Program-made: the position numbers and the translations under genes
The notes under the pieces: generated by a model
What the model saw: only the letters and a program-made list of their open reading frames with translations
Databases searched by the model: none
What the model was told of the DNA's origin: nothing
Part shown: positions 9,984-20,193 of the stretch, in pieces
How positions within the stretch are numbered: position 1 is the first letter of the stretch
Layout of the letters: every line of letters begins with the position of its first letter
Source of the DNA: a virus
Lineage: Duplodnaviria; Caudoviricetes
Reading direction: 5' to 3' (one strand)
IMG/VR virus record: IMGVR_UViG_3300035182_001315
Length of the DNA stretch: 64,000 nt

Positions 9984-10352
9984 ATGCCAATTCCACACTT
10001 ACCAGATGGCGGACAGTCCGCATTAGAGCTTGCAGCAATCAAGCAAAGAAACATATTAATTCCGATTAATATCTACAACAATGCTGCTGAGGCTAACGAG
10101 TACACAGCTACTCACTCAAGAGCCTTGGCTGACCAGAAGACCCCTCACTACGGTAAGGGTACTGGTAATTTCTTGGATATCTATAACTACAATGCCGGTT
10201 CTGACTGGGACCAATTTGGTAACCAATCAAACTCTGTAGGTTCTGGTAGAAACCCAGCATTTGCAAACAATTTCGGTACATGGGGTTATGATAACACTCA
10301 TTACTACTTGTCACCGGATATGTCTAAGAACGTTGGTCAGGTAATAATCTAA
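9984..10352 (+). CDS. Hypothetical (probable virion) protein
   Basis: ORF, Gly/Asn/Tyr-rich. Confidence 0.65.
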   Translation: MPIPHLPDGGQSALELAAIKQRNILIPINIYNNAAEANEYTATHSRALADQKTPHYGKGTGNFLDIYNYNAGSDWDQFGNQSNSVGSGRNPAFANNFGTWGYDNTHYYLSPDMSKNVGQVII

Positions 10353-10359
10353 ACCAAAC

Positions 10360-10860
10360 ATGAAGCTTTACAATCTACTTGAAGATATTATATTAGAGGA
10401 AACAGTTAAAGCGAAAGCACTGTTGACTGAGGGGGTTGCGGATTCAGATGTTATAGCGGCTATTAACGGCAAATACAACGTTAATATCCTTTATGACGAC
10501 TATCCCGATGCTCAGCCAGCTACTGCCCCAAGCAAAAGATATATTCAAGTTTATGCCTTCGCCGAAACGAAAGCAGGTAATAAAGCAATAAGAGCCTTCC
10601 AAATCTTTGGTGGCTCGAAAACAACGCCAAAGAATGGCGCATGGAAGATATTCAGATTGGATAGAATCCGTGGATGGTTCCCAACAAAGGTTAAGTTCGC
10701 TCAACCAGTTTCAAACAAGGACCCAAACATTCCGGCATATAATAACAACGGTGACAGAAGCATGTCACGAGTTTATAATAAGGTGGATTTTAATAAACCA
10801 CAACCAGTAAACAAACCGAAAAATGGACCAACCAACACCAGTGGACCTGAACAAGCTTAA
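10360..10860 (+). CDS. Stand-alone WYL-like domain protein
   Basis: WKIFRLDRIRGW matches the WYL R-x-FRLDRI signature; no HTH domain. Confidence 0.55.
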   Translation: MKLYNLLEDIILEETVKAKALLTEGVADSDVIAAINGKYNVNILYDDYPDAQPATAPSKRYIQVYAFAETKAGNKAIRAFQIFGGSKTTPKNGAWKIFRLDRIRGWFPTKVKFAQPVSNKDPNIPAYNNNGDRSMSRVYNKVDFNKPQPVNKPKNGPTNTSGPEQA

Positions 10861-11443
10861 AGGTATTCTATCAGCATCAAGAAAATTGATGACGAAGGTA
10901 GAAAGCAATGACTATACAACAGGGCACATCGACTCAAGAGCACTTAACCAAGATGGTATCAACCTTATCAAAGGTGAAGACCCAGAAGTTAGAGCGGCAT
11001 CAAGAACACCTCAATCAGTTGTTCCAGCTGGCGGCTTTAGTACTGAACAAATTAATAACTCAAATCTTCCACCGGCTGTTAAGAAAGCTATGTTGGAAAG
11101 ACCTATACCACAACTCACAGGACTTAATCACACATTCACATTGGATGACGTAACTGATGATTCAGCTTACGAAAAACCAGCAGGCTTTGTTAAGCCGAAA
11201 GCTCAACCACAACAGAAGGCTGCGCCAAGACAACAAATTGCTGAGCAAAGAACACACAACACAGATTTGATTACCATCAGTAAGACTGAGCTAAAAGAAA
11301 TGGTGGATGCATTGGTAAACGAGAAACTGTTAGAACATTACACCAAGGCTGCATCAAGCAGAATTACAGAAGATGCCGTGAAGAAAACCATCGGAATGAT
11401 GATTAAAGAAGGCAAGTTAACCCCAAAAAAGAAGATAGCATAA
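10823..11443 (+). CDS. Hypothetical protein
   Basis: ORF ending before a terminator. Confidence 0.65.
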   Translation: MDQPTPVDLNKLKGILSASRKLMTKVESNDYTTGHIDSRALNQDGINLIKGEDPEVRAASRTPQSVVPAGGFSTEQINNSNLPPAVKKAMLERPIPQLTGLNHTFTLDDVTDDSAYEKPAGFVKPKAQPQQKAAPRQQIAEQRTHNTDLITISKTELKEMVDALVNEKLLEHYTKAASSRITEDAVKKTIGMMIKEGKLTPKKKIA

Positions 11444-11464
11444 GCTAAAATAAGATTATTTTTC

Positions 11465-11497
11465 AAAAGGACCTGATTTTCGGGTCCTTTTTTATTT
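11465..11497 (+). terminator. Rho-independent terminator
   Basis: AAAAGGACCTGA-TTT-TCGGGTCCTTTT followed by T tract. Confidence 0.85.
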
Positions 11498-11522
11498 ACA
11501 AATATCCGGGATTGTTTATATT
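11495..11522 (+). promoter_or_regulatory. Host-RNAP-type promoter TTTACA-N16-TATATT
   Basis: Directly upstream of the glycan island. Confidence 0.55.
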
Positions 11523-11540
11523 AAGTCCAAAGTTTAAAAT

Positions 11541-12779
11541 ATGAGCAAAATCAAGGTTTTAGTTATCCCTTCCGACAGGACAGGTGTAAGTTATTTCAGA
11601 AGCACCAGCCCTCACATAGCCTTAGAAGAAAAATATCCCGACGAATTCCACATCGACATCGACTACGAGCCACAGATGCTCAATGACGAATGGGTGAAAC
11701 AATACGACATCATTCATTATCACCGTACACTTGGCCCTTTCGAAGGCGTTCCAGCCCTTTTGGATCGCATGGATAAGCTTGGCGTTGTTACTATAATGGA
11801 CTTGGATGACTATTGGTCTCCCGGCCCACACCATCCGGGGTATCTCATGATTAAGAATTCAGGTATGGATAAGCAAATCCTTGCTAACGTCCGTTCTGCA
11901 AGAAACATCACAACCACAACCCCTATATTCGCCGAAGAAATGAAGCGATTCAATCCGAACGTAACTGTTCTACCTAATGCCATTGACCCAAAACAAAAGC
12001 AATTCGTTTCGAATCCAGAACCTTCTGAAAGAATAAGAATCGGCTGGTTAGGCGGTTCAAGCCATTTGCATGACTTGGAAATCCTTAATGGACTTGTTAG
12101 TAAGGTAAAGAGCCATGGCCTTATAGATAAGGTACAATTCGTTCTGTGTGGATTCGATATCAGAGGCGCTATTACCATGATTGACGAGAAGACCAAAGAA
12201 CAGAAACAAAGACCTATCAAGCCACACGAAAGTGTTTGGTGCCAGTACGAAAGAATCTTCACGGATAACTACGGTACAATAAGCCCAGAATACAGAGCGT
12301 TCCTTGAACAGTTCATTCCTAATTCAGAATACCCAGATATCAAGAACCAACCTTACAGAAGAGTTTGGACAAAACCTATCAGCACATACGCTTCAAACTA
12401 TAACCTGTTTGATATCTCATTGGCACCAATCGAAGAGAATACCTTCAATAAGGTAAAGAGCCAGCTGAAGATAATTGAAGGTGGCTTCCATAAGAAAGCA
12501 GTTATTGCTCAGGACTTTGGCCCTTACCAAATCGATGTGAACCCAGCCAACAAATTCGGCGGCGAATGGGACCCAGAAGGTAACGGTATCCTTATTGACA
12601 CAAACAAAAATCATAAGGATTGGTTCAAGTATGTAAAGAAGCTTATTGAACAGCCAGAACTCATCGCTCAATTAAGTACAAATCTTCATAACATGGTGAG
12701 CCAGAAATATTCTGTATCAGCTGTTTCTGATGAAAGAAGAGAACTTTACAAGAGATTGGTTACTGAAAAAAAGAAGTAA
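11541..12779 (+). CDS. Glycosyltransferase, GT-B fold (GT4-like)
   Basis: IGWLGGSSH; DISLAPIEENTFNKVKSQLKIIEGG donor-binding motif. Confidence 0.8.
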   Translation: MSKIKVLVIPSDRTGVSYFRSTSPHIALEEKYPDEFHIDIDYEPQMLNDEWVKQYDIIHYHRTLGPFEGVPALLDRMDKLGVVTIMDLDDYWSPGPHHPGYLMIKNSGMDKQILANVRSARNITTTTPIFAEEMKRFNPNVTVLPNAIDPKQKQFVSNPEPSERIRIGWLGGSSHLHDLEILNGLVSKVKSHGLIDKVQFVLCGFDIRGAITMIDEKTKEQKQRPIKPHESVWCQYERIFTDNYGTISPEYRAFLEQFIPNSEYPDIKNQPYRRVWTKPISTYASNYNLFDISLAPIEENTFNKVKSQLKIIEGGFHKKAVIAQDFGPYQIDVNPANKFGGEWDPEGNGILIDTNKNHKDWFKYVKKLIEQPELIAQLSTNLHNMVSQKYSVSAVSDERRELYKRLVTEKKK

Positions 12780-12795
12780 AAAGTTTTAGCTAAGG

Positions 12796-12826
12796 TTGCA
12801 ACACTGGGAAAGTTTTGGTATATTTG
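12796..12826 (+). promoter_or_regulatory. Bacteroidota-type promoter TTGCAA-N17-TATATTTG
   Basis: TAnnTTTG at 12819-12826. Confidence 0.7.
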
Positions 12827-12842
12827 CGAAAATTCAATACCT

Positions 12843-13436
12843 ATGACTCCAATTTCTAATGAAACCATCGCAAAGAATGCGAGAAAATTCTTCAAAGTAG
12901 CCACAGAAAAGGGCTTCATGAACGACGAATTAATGACCTTCTTAGGCTCAAACTTTATCGAAGCACCAGCCACTACAATGAAGGACATGAATAACGCATT
13001 TAAGGGTGGTCTTATTGACCATATTCTTAAGGTTACAACCTATGCTATCGGCTTAAACGACCTTCACAAAACAAACAAGGTTGATGCAACAAGCATTCTT
13101 AAGGTTTGTTTCCTTCACCAGATTGGCAAGGCACATTCTTATGTTCCAAACCCATCACAATGGCATGTTGAAAAACAAGGAAAGATTTACGAATTCACTG
13201 ACCAGCTTTCTATGCGTGTTGGTGAACGCTCTGCTTTCTATGCATTGTCTCACGGTATTACACTTACCGAAGAAGAATACCAAGCCATCGTTAATCATGA
13301 CAAGGATGACTCCGACAAACAATCCAAATACCATAACTCATGGTTGGGTGATTTGTTGAAGATTGCCACGGTTATGGCCATCGCTGAAGAAAAAAATACT
13401 AAGCCAGCAGTAGCAGTAGCAGCAGTTGCTGAATAA
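12843..13436 (+). CDS. HD-domain phosphohydrolase (YhaM-like)
   Basis: GGLIDHIL...FLHQIGK...AIVNHD. Confidence 0.65.
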   Translation: MTPISNETIAKNARKFFKVATEKGFMNDELMTFLGSNFIEAPATTMKDMNNAFKGGLIDHILKVTTYAIGLNDLHKTNKVDATSILKVCFLHQIGKAHSYVPNPSQWHVEKQGKIYEFTDQLSMRVGERSAFYALSHGITLTEEEYQAIVNHDKDDSDKQSKYHNSWLGDLLKIATVMAIAEEKNTKPAVAVAAVAE

Positions 13437-13445
13437 TTTTATACC

Positions 13446-14027
13446 ATGGACGTAACAAGAATGACAGAGAAATTGCTTCTGACACTTGACCCAAATTCGG
13501 GTTATACTCAGAAGGATTTTGAAAAGGAATTCATGCAAGCAACGGTGAACTCCGCTGCTCTTAAGACAGACTTCTATAAGTTGAAGGTTAACTTCGTAAA
13601 CGAATCAAACAACCCAAACCCAGAGTACGCAACTCCCGGTTCTTCAGGCTTTGATTTACGTGCTAACCTTGAAGAACCACTTGAGATTCAAGCTGGACAA
13701 AGAAAACTGGTACCAACCGGCCTCTTCTTTGAACTACCAGACAACTATGAACTTCAGGTGCGCCCACGTAGCGGCCTTGCAATCAAGCAAGGTATTACCG
13801 TATTGAATACGCCGGGAACTGTAGATTCTGATTACCGTGGTGAAGTTAAGGTTATCCTTATCAATCTGAGCACAATCACTCAAGCCATTTTACATGGTGA
13901 TAGAATTGCTCAGGCAGTTATTGCTCCGGTTACAGCATCAAACATTGTGAAGCTACTTCAAATTGAAACAATTGGAACCAACACAGAAAGAGGTGCCGGT
14001 GGGTTTGGTTCAACGGGTTTACAATAA
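13446..14027 (+). CDS. dut: Trimeric dUTPase
   Basis: All five motifs: [33 protein letters not shown]. Confidence 0.97.
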   Translation: MDVTRMTEKLLLTLDPNSGYTQKDFEKEFMQATVNSAALKTDFYKLKVNFVNESNNPNPEYATPGSSGFDLRANLEEPLEIQAGQRKLVPTGLFFELPDNYELQVRPRSGLAIKQGITVLNTPGTVDSDYRGEVKVILINLSTITQAILHGDRIAQAVIAPVTASNIVKLLQIETIGTNTERGAGGFGSTGLQ

Positions 14028-14044
14028 TTCAAAAGATTTAATTT

Positions 14045-15511
14045 ATGATTACAGTAGTATATTGTACAAGAGAAGCAAACTCTAAGCACACAGACCATAT
14101 CATTAAGTCATCCGGCATGCCTAAGATGATTCAGGTAATTGAGATTGTTAATAACGGTGAAGCATTGACAAAGGCTTACAACCGTGGACTTGAAATGGCA
14201 AAGAATGATATCGTTGTATTTATGCACGATGACGTAACCTTTGACAACTCAGGCTGGGGAAAGAAATTGCTGAAGCATTTCCAAGAAACCGATTATGGTA
14301 TTCTTGGTTTAGCCGGTACTACAGACATCCCAGAAACAGGCAAGTGGTGGGAAGACCGCCAGAAGATGGTTGGTATTGTTAACCACGAAAGCGGCGGAAA
14401 GAAATGGGAATCAAAATACTCAAAGAGCTGGGAAGGTAGAATAACTGAAGTTGCTGTTGTTGATGGACTTTTCTTCGCAGTAAACAAGAAACGCATACAT
14501 GCAATCTTTGATGAAACAATCGATGGTTTCCACTTCTATGAATTGGATTTCGTATTGAGTAATCATCTTGATGGCGTAAAGGTTGGTGTTATTTACAACA
14601 TCCGTGTGACTCACAAATCTATCGGTCAGACAAACGCACAATGGGAATCAAACCGTGTTCAATTCTCAACGAAATTCGCCGACAAGCTTCCAATCAAGTT
14701 GGTACCAGATTTCCCTGAATCAGAAGAAATTGCTGACCCAAAGATTGATACACCAATCAAGGTGATTATCCAATCATCCGGCGATGGGGTAGTTCTTGAA
14801 AACCTGTATAATAAAATCATTTCTTTTGGATATCCAAGCCTGAGCGTGGTTGTTATCAGCAATGAAAGCAATTTCGAAGACTTGAAGCATCAATGCCAGT
14901 GGAACCCAGCAGTAAAGGTTTACGAAGGATTCTATAATTCACTTCCAAAGAACCTTTCAGTATTGAAGTTCGAAGATGACTTTATTACAAAAAGCGATGA
15001 GCTGGTTGTTTTCATGAACGACAATGTGAAGATTATTAACAACATCCTTACCAATTTCGCCAAGCTTTATAAGATAAACAAGAATACATTCGGTGGCGCT
15101 TTCCCGCTGGCTTACAATGAGAACAGAACAATTTTCTCTTCAAGTCTGAGCATCTTTGCTGACAAGGAAAACAAGGTGGGTATCGATATGAGAGATGGTA
15201 ATTCTTATTATAATGTGCAGTACGGTTACATTGTGAATGCGCTGGGAAACCTTGCGGATTGCTTTGCTACAACAGCAAATAACTTGGTACTTTTGGATTG
15301 GTTCAAGAATAACTTCGAGACCCCAATGTATTTCAATGAATTTGCTTTAAGGCTTTACTTAAAGAAGAAAATTGTGTATAATGATACAAACTCCCTGACG
15401 GTGCAGAAATCATTCTCTGGTCAACACAATATCCAGCAGGATTTCCAAACCTACATCGATGCAATTGCTTCCGATGTCAATTTACAGGCGTTGGTAAAAC
15501 AGATAAAATGA
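14045..15511 (+). CDS. Glycosyltransferase GT2-like with a second degenerate GT-A-like domain
   Basis: KAYNRGL...VVFMHDDV...VDGLFFAV...FHFYELD. Confidence 0.8.
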   Translation: MITVVYCTREANSKHTDHIIKSSGMPKMIQVIEIVNNGEALTKAYNRGLEMAKNDIVVFMHDDVTFDNSGWGKKLLKHFQETDYGILGLAGTTDIPETGKWWEDRQKMVGIVNHESGGKKWESKYSKSWEGRITEVAVVDGLFFAVNKKRIHAIFDETIDGFHFYELDFVLSNHLDGVKVGVIYNIRVTHKSIGQTNAQWESNRVQFSTKFADKLPIKLVPDFPESEEIADPKIDTPIKVIIQSSGDGVVLENLYNKIISFGYPSLSVVVISNESNFEDLKHQCQWNPAVKVYEGFYNSLPKNLSVLKFEDDFITKSDELVVFMNDNVKIINNILTNFAKLYKINKNTFGGAFPLAYNENRTIFSSSLSIFADKENKVGIDMRDGNSYYNVQYGYIVNALGNLADCFATTANNLVLLDWFKNNFETPMYFNEFALRLYLKKKIVYNDTNSLTVQKSFSGQHNIQQDFQTYIDAIASDVNLQALVKQIK

Positions 15512-16290
15512 TAAAAATAATTTCAGGTTATACAGATAAAGGTGGCTCAACGGTCGCCTTTATCAATTTGACGAACGCCCTGAATGCTGCCGGTTACGAA
15601 ACCATCATGTACGGGCCACATCCGTGGTTTATGCATCATTGCAAATCAGATACCATTCAGAACTTTAAACCGGAACCAGATGATAATGTCATTGCTCACT
15701 TCTTGGATTTGAAGGTTAGGCCGAACGTTAAAAAGATTGTTTTGGCTTGCCATGAGAAATGGTGGTATGACGTAGCTAAGGTTCAACAGTTCTGGGATGA
15801 GGTAATCTTCCTGCATAAGGCACATAGAGAATATCATGGCGGTTATAGAGGCGATTGGACCATAATTCCGAATATCAAGGAACCTTTCATAATGAGAGAG
15901 AAACCAGAATTGGATTTGGTTGCCGGTATCGTTGGTGGAATTGAAGACAGGAAACAAACTCATGTTTCAATTCAAAGAGCGATGAAAGACCGTTGCAAAC
16001 AGATTTATCTTTTCGGTGGAATAAACGACAAAAGATATTACGAGCAAATGGTTAAACCCATGCTCAATCCAAGGATAATTGAATACGGCTACGCTTCAGA
16101 TAAACAAGCCATGTACGATTTGGTTGGTAGGGTTTATCACTCATCGAAAGGTGAAGTGGCATCACTGGTAAAGGATGAGTGTTTTTCAACCGGCACAAAA
16201 TTTTTCGGTAACGAGGAAACGGAAAATCAAATCTCAACACTTACCAATAACGAGGTTGTAGACCTTTGGAAAATAGTTTTTAGCTTATGA
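15508..16290 (+). CDS. Glycosyltransferase, GT-B-like
   Basis: GGSTVAFINL N-terminus; YHSSKGEVASLVKDEC C-terminal motif. Confidence 0.6.
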   Translation: MIKIISGYTDKGGSTVAFINLTNALNAAGYETIMYGPHPWFMHHCKSDTIQNFKPEPDDNVIAHFLDLKVRPNVKKIVLACHEKWWYDVAKVQQFWDEVIFLHKAHREYHGGYRGDWTIIPNIKEPFIMREKPELDLVAGIVGGIEDRKQTHVSIQRAMKDRCKQIYLFGGINDKRYYEQMVKPMLNPRIIEYGYASDKQAMYDLVGRVYHSSKGEVASLVKDECFSTGTKFFGNEETENQISTLTNNEVVDLWKIVFSL

Positions 16291-17003
16291 TAATACACGC
16301 ACATATACTGGCATGGAACGAAGAAATGATTCTTCCGTATACCTTGGATTACTACTCCCTGATATGCGATAAGATTTTCGTCTATGATAACATGTCTACC
16401 GATGGTTCTGACGCAATTTACGCCAAGTATCCAAAAGTAAGTGTTATCAAGTGGTCAAGCAATGATGAGATAAACGAAATGAATTACGTTAACATCAAAT
16501 CAATGGCTTATCGGGAAACGAGCAGAGATGCTGACTGGGTTATTGTTTGTGATTGTGATGAATTTTTGTATTCTCCAATGTTATTAGAAGTACTGGAGAT
16601 TTATAAAATCACAGGGGTAACCGTTCCGAAAATTAATGGTCATGACATGGTGTCTGCAACCTTCCCAGAATACGATGGTGGTTCATTAATTGCTAAGATT
16701 AGAACTGGTTCGGATGTTTACGGCCCGATGAGCAAGAATATCATCTTTAACCCAAAGCTGGATGTATCCTATGGGATTGGTGGACACAGCTTTCAGGCTC
16801 CGGGTGCGGTTTATTCAGAAGCCGTTAATTTAAAATTGCTTCATTATAAGTTCCTTGGTAAGGATTATGTAAAGAAGCTTTATATCGCCAGAGCCAAGAG
16901 ACTTTCAACTTGGAACAAGCAGCATAAGTTCGGCGAGCATTACTTCAACCTTCCGTTCGAATACATGGATAGGTTGTTGAAAGAAAACAGACAAGTTATA
17001 TGA
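16287..17003 (+). CDS. Glycosyltransferase GT2-like
   Basis: WNEE...YDNMSTDGS...WVIVCDCDEF (DxD). Confidence 0.8.
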   Translation: MIIHAHILAWNEEMILPYTLDYYSLICDKIFVYDNMSTDGSDAIYAKYPKVSVIKWSSNDEINEMNYVNIKSMAYRETSRDADWVIVCDCDEFLYSPMLLEVLEIYKITGVTVPKINGHDMVSATFPEYDGGSLIAKIRTGSDVYGPMSKNIIFNPKLDVSYGIGGHSFQAPGAVYSEAVNLKLLHYKFLGKDYVKKLYIARAKRLSTWNKQHKFGEHYFNLPFEYMDRLLKENRQVI

Positions 17004-17824
17004 GACAAATATTAGTATCAGACTTTACCATAAAGGAAGTTTCCCACGGTGGTTCAGAATGGGTAAACCAAGTGGTTATGGACAGATTTCCAGACTTAGA
17101 ATTCTGGTATTCTCAGCAAGTAACTGAATGGGATAAGGATGCATTTTATATTATCTCTAACATTTCTCTAATGAATCAGGCTTTGGTTAGACAAATCCCC
17201 AGCCTCAACTACATAATCTTAGAAAACGACTATAAAATTTGTCATAGCCGTCATCCATGGCGCTGGCCCAATTCTTTGGTTCCTCATAACGAGCGCATAA
17301 ACTACGATATCTATGCGAATGCAAAGGCTGTTTTTGTACAGACAACAGACCACATGAATGTTTACAAGGCCAATGATGTGAAGGCAAACTTTATCAATCT
17401 GAATTGTTCCATATGGTCCGATTCGGATTTGGCATTATTACAAAGTTTTTTACGCAAGAAACCTTTGAAAAATGGAAAACAAGCGGTATATTCTACGGGA
17501 AACTGGATTAAAAATACTGAAGGTGCGGTTAAGTACTGTGCTGAAAATAAACTAGAAGCTGTGCAGATTGAAAATCAGGAGAAGAGAGAAGACTTTTTGG
17601 ATAAGCTGTCCGATTGTTCTGGGTTGGTATTCTTCCCAATTGCGAGAGAAACCTTTTGCAGGTTGTTGGTTGAGGCCAAGTGTCTTGGATTGAAGGTGAC
17701 TACTAACAAGAATTCGGGGGCGGCTATGGAGAATTGGTTCGGTATGGAAGGTGAAGACCTCTTGAAGTTCCTGAAGATAAAAACTGAAATAAACCTTAAG
17801 AAAATTGGGGAATACATAAAATAA
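17000..17824 (+). CDS. Glycosyltransferase, GT-B-like
   Basis: HGGSEW; FFPIARETFCRLLVEAKCLGLKV. Confidence 0.7.
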   Translation: MRQILVSDFTIKEVSHGGSEWVNQVVMDRFPDLEFWYSQQVTEWDKDAFYIISNISLMNQALVRQIPSLNYIILENDYKICHSRHPWRWPNSLVPHNERINYDIYANAKAVFVQTTDHMNVYKANDVKANFINLNCSIWSDSDLALLQSFLRKKPLKNGKQAVYSTGNWIKNTEGAVKYCAENKLEAVQIENQEKREDFLDKLSDCSGLVFFPIARETFCRLLVEAKCLGLKVTTNKNSGAAMENWFGMEGEDLLKFLKIKTEINLKKIGEYIK

Positions 17825-17829
17825 AAGTA

Positions 17830-18765
17830 ATGAGTATTAAAGAATGGCTTAGACGACAAGCGATGGCGATAACACTCGCTGTTACCAATGTTCAAAAAAA
17901 TGCTTTGAACCAAGAAGCCAATGAGCTTACTGCTGGCTCAAATCTTGAACAGAAGAAGGAATCGAGCGATTTGCTTCAGGCATTGTTGCGTGGTGAGGTT
18001 AACCAAGAAGTGAAAGACCTTCGCTGGAGAACATATAAGGTTATGAAGGCCGCAGAAAAGAAAAACGCCAGACTTATCCCTAAGATGATTTATGGTGAAA
18101 ATGGAGAAAGAGAATTTGCTTATGATGAAGAAGGTAGTATTATTTTTGAATCTGCAACCGTTAATCCTCGAAACAAAGAAAGAGCACTCGAAAAGGTCGT
18201 TGTTGATTTGACAGATAACTATCCAGTAAAGATGGTTGTAAAGAATGAGCCAGTTACCAATCCACTTGATTCAAAAGCAGACGAGAACATGGTTGTCGGA
18301 TATTCTTCCAAGAATCTTAATGATATGCCAATCAAAATTATCAGAGATTTTGTACCAAAGTTTGAGATTGAAAACTACGCAAAGAAAATGGTTGTAAGAA
18401 CCATCTCCGATACGGAAGTTCTTTTGGAGTTCTATATCAGCAAATACATAGACCCGTACAACGCTTCAAGCAAAATGCTCGTAGCTGAAATGAATAAAAT
18501 ACTGACCAATGGTCCCGACAAGGTTAATTCTCTTGAAATAAAGGAAGTTGGTTTCATTTCTGACAATACTATCGGTTCTGATGACTTCATGGGTTACGCA
18601 TATGATATTATTGGGTTTGACAAGATTGTTGATTTCGACGGGTATTACGTTCTGAAATTCAAGGCAACCGTAACTCTGGATGGTGAAGACCTGATGGAAA
18701 AATACAGGGAAGCTGAACTTGACAGGAAGTATAATGAAAAGGAACAGAGAAAAATGACCATATGA
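17830..18765 (+). CDS. Hypothetical protein
   Basis: Long ORF, translationally coupled; no motif recognised. Confidence 0.7.
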   Translation: MSIKEWLRRQAMAITLAVTNVQKNALNQEANELTAGSNLEQKKESSDLLQALLRGEVNQEVKDLRWRTYKVMKAAEKKNARLIPKMIYGENGEREFAYDEEGSIIFESATVNPRNKERALEKVVVDLTDNYPVKMVVKNEPVTNPLDSKADENMVVGYSSKNLNDMPIKIIRDFVPKFEIENYAKKMVVRTISDTEVLLEFYISKYIDPYNASSKMLVAEMNKILTNGPDKVNSLEIKEVGFISDNTIGSDDFMGYAYDIIGFDKIVDFDGYYVLKFKATVTLDGEDLMEKYREAELDRKYNEKEQRKMTI

Positions 18766-19481
18766 GTGTAACAGCAATTCTTAATGGATTTAAAAGGCCA
18801 CAATCTTTACAGGAACAGGTTGATGCTATCAGAGCACAGACAATCCCTGTGGACGATATTATGCTTTGGCAGAATCACGATGAAGGATTCGATAAGAATC
18901 TTACCAGCCAGCTTACAACAGCCGTTTGTAACAGGAACTTGGGTGTATGGGCCAGATTTGCTTTTGCCCTTAATGCCAAGACTGAGTACATCGCAATGTT
19001 CGATGACGATACCATCCCCGGCACCATGTGGATTGAGAATTGTTTAAACACCATGAAAAGTCATGAAGGATTGCTTGGTAGCATTGGATTGGTTTTGGAT
19101 TCACCAAATGGATATCGACCACATACAAGACATGGTTGGGCCGAACCTAACGAGAAGGTTGTTGAGTGTGATATTGTTGGTCATGCTTGGTTCTTCAAAC
19201 GTGAATGGCTTGCAACATACTGGAGAGAATTACCACCAATCGATGTTACGCTGGTAGGTGAGGATATGCACTTCTCTTATATGATTCAAAAGTATCTTGG
19301 ATTGAAGACTTTTGTCCCACCGCATCCTAAGCATGTTCCAGAAATGTGGGGCAGCATAAAGGGCTGGCAGCTTGGTGTTGGGCCGCAAGCTATTTCAGCA
19401 AACGAACACAGTATTGTTCTGATGAACAATTATTTTAATATAATACGCAGCAAGGGTTTTAAATTGGTAAAGCATGGATAA
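18762..19481 (+). CDS. Glycosyltransferase GT-A (GT2-like)
   Basis: YIAMFDDDTIPG; GEDMHFSY. Confidence 0.75.
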   Translation: MSVTAILNGFKRPQSLQEQVDAIRAQTIPVDDIMLWQNHDEGFDKNLTSQLTTAVCNRNLGVWARFAFALNAKTEYIAMFDDDTIPGTMWIENCLNTMKSHEGLLGSIGLVLDSPNGYRPHTRHGWAEPNEKVVECDIVGHAWFFKREWLATYWRELPPIDVTLVGEDMHFSYMIQKYLGLKTFVPPHPKHVPEMWGSIKGWQLGVGPQAISANEHSIVLMNNYFNIIRSKGFKLVKHG

Positions 19482-20193
19482 GTATACAGCCGACTTTGAC
19501 TATTTCTGGCGACTTATCAACGAAGGTATGAATGTTACCTTTGCGAGATATGCCGATGGGGAAGTTTTGCTTATGCGTGGACATTCTGTTGGTAGTGACA
19601 CACAGGCTGGTAGGGTTGATAATTGGACATCTCCCGGTGGAACAACCAAGGTTGGTGCTGACCTTTTGCAAACCCTCAACCACGAAGAAAACGATTATTA
19701 CTATGCCATCTCTGGAATGAGCGATGATATGAATGACCACAAATACTTGAGAAGCGTTATTAAGCAAAATGAATCGCATTTGACGTTCGTTAACCTTTGG
19801 ATAAACGCAAATTATTCGAGGATGAAAGAAATGTTGTTGAATCTGAAACGTCCTGTTATTCTGATAGCGAATGAGATTGCACAAGGAAAGCCTTTCCCAT
19901 TTCCAGTAACGCATTTTACCGGCTTCCCAAACAACTGCATTCAATTCTGGGAGCAATTTGGCGACGAATACTCTCAATTCTTGCTGGATAATTACGGAAA
20001 AATGGAGAATCAGCTATTTTTTATCTCCTGCGGACCTGTTTCTGAGATTATTATTCACAAGCTTTATCAGAACAATCCTAACAATGCGTACATTGATGTT
20101 GGCTCATCCTTGGATGAACTTGTACATGGTAGACAAACCAGACCCTACATGAACCCAGCTTCAAGATACGCCAACGAAAAATCAAGTTTCTAA
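19474..20193 (+). CDS. GT-D fold (DUF1792-like) glycosyltransferase
   Basis: FARYADGE...ISCGPVS...YIDVGS resembles the RFGDGE...GP...AIDIG pattern. Confidence 0.6.
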   Translation: MDKYTADFDYFWRLINEGMNVTFARYADGEVLLMRGHSVGSDTQAGRVDNWTSPGGTTKVGADLLQTLNHEENDYYYAISGMSDDMNDHKYLRSVIKQNESHLTFVNLWINANYSRMKEMLLNLKRPVILIANEIAQGKPFPFPVTHFTGFPNNCIQFWEQFGDEYSQFLLDNYGKMENQLFFISCGPVSEIIIHKLYQNNPNNAYIDVGSSLDELVHGRQTRPYMNPASRYANEKSSF

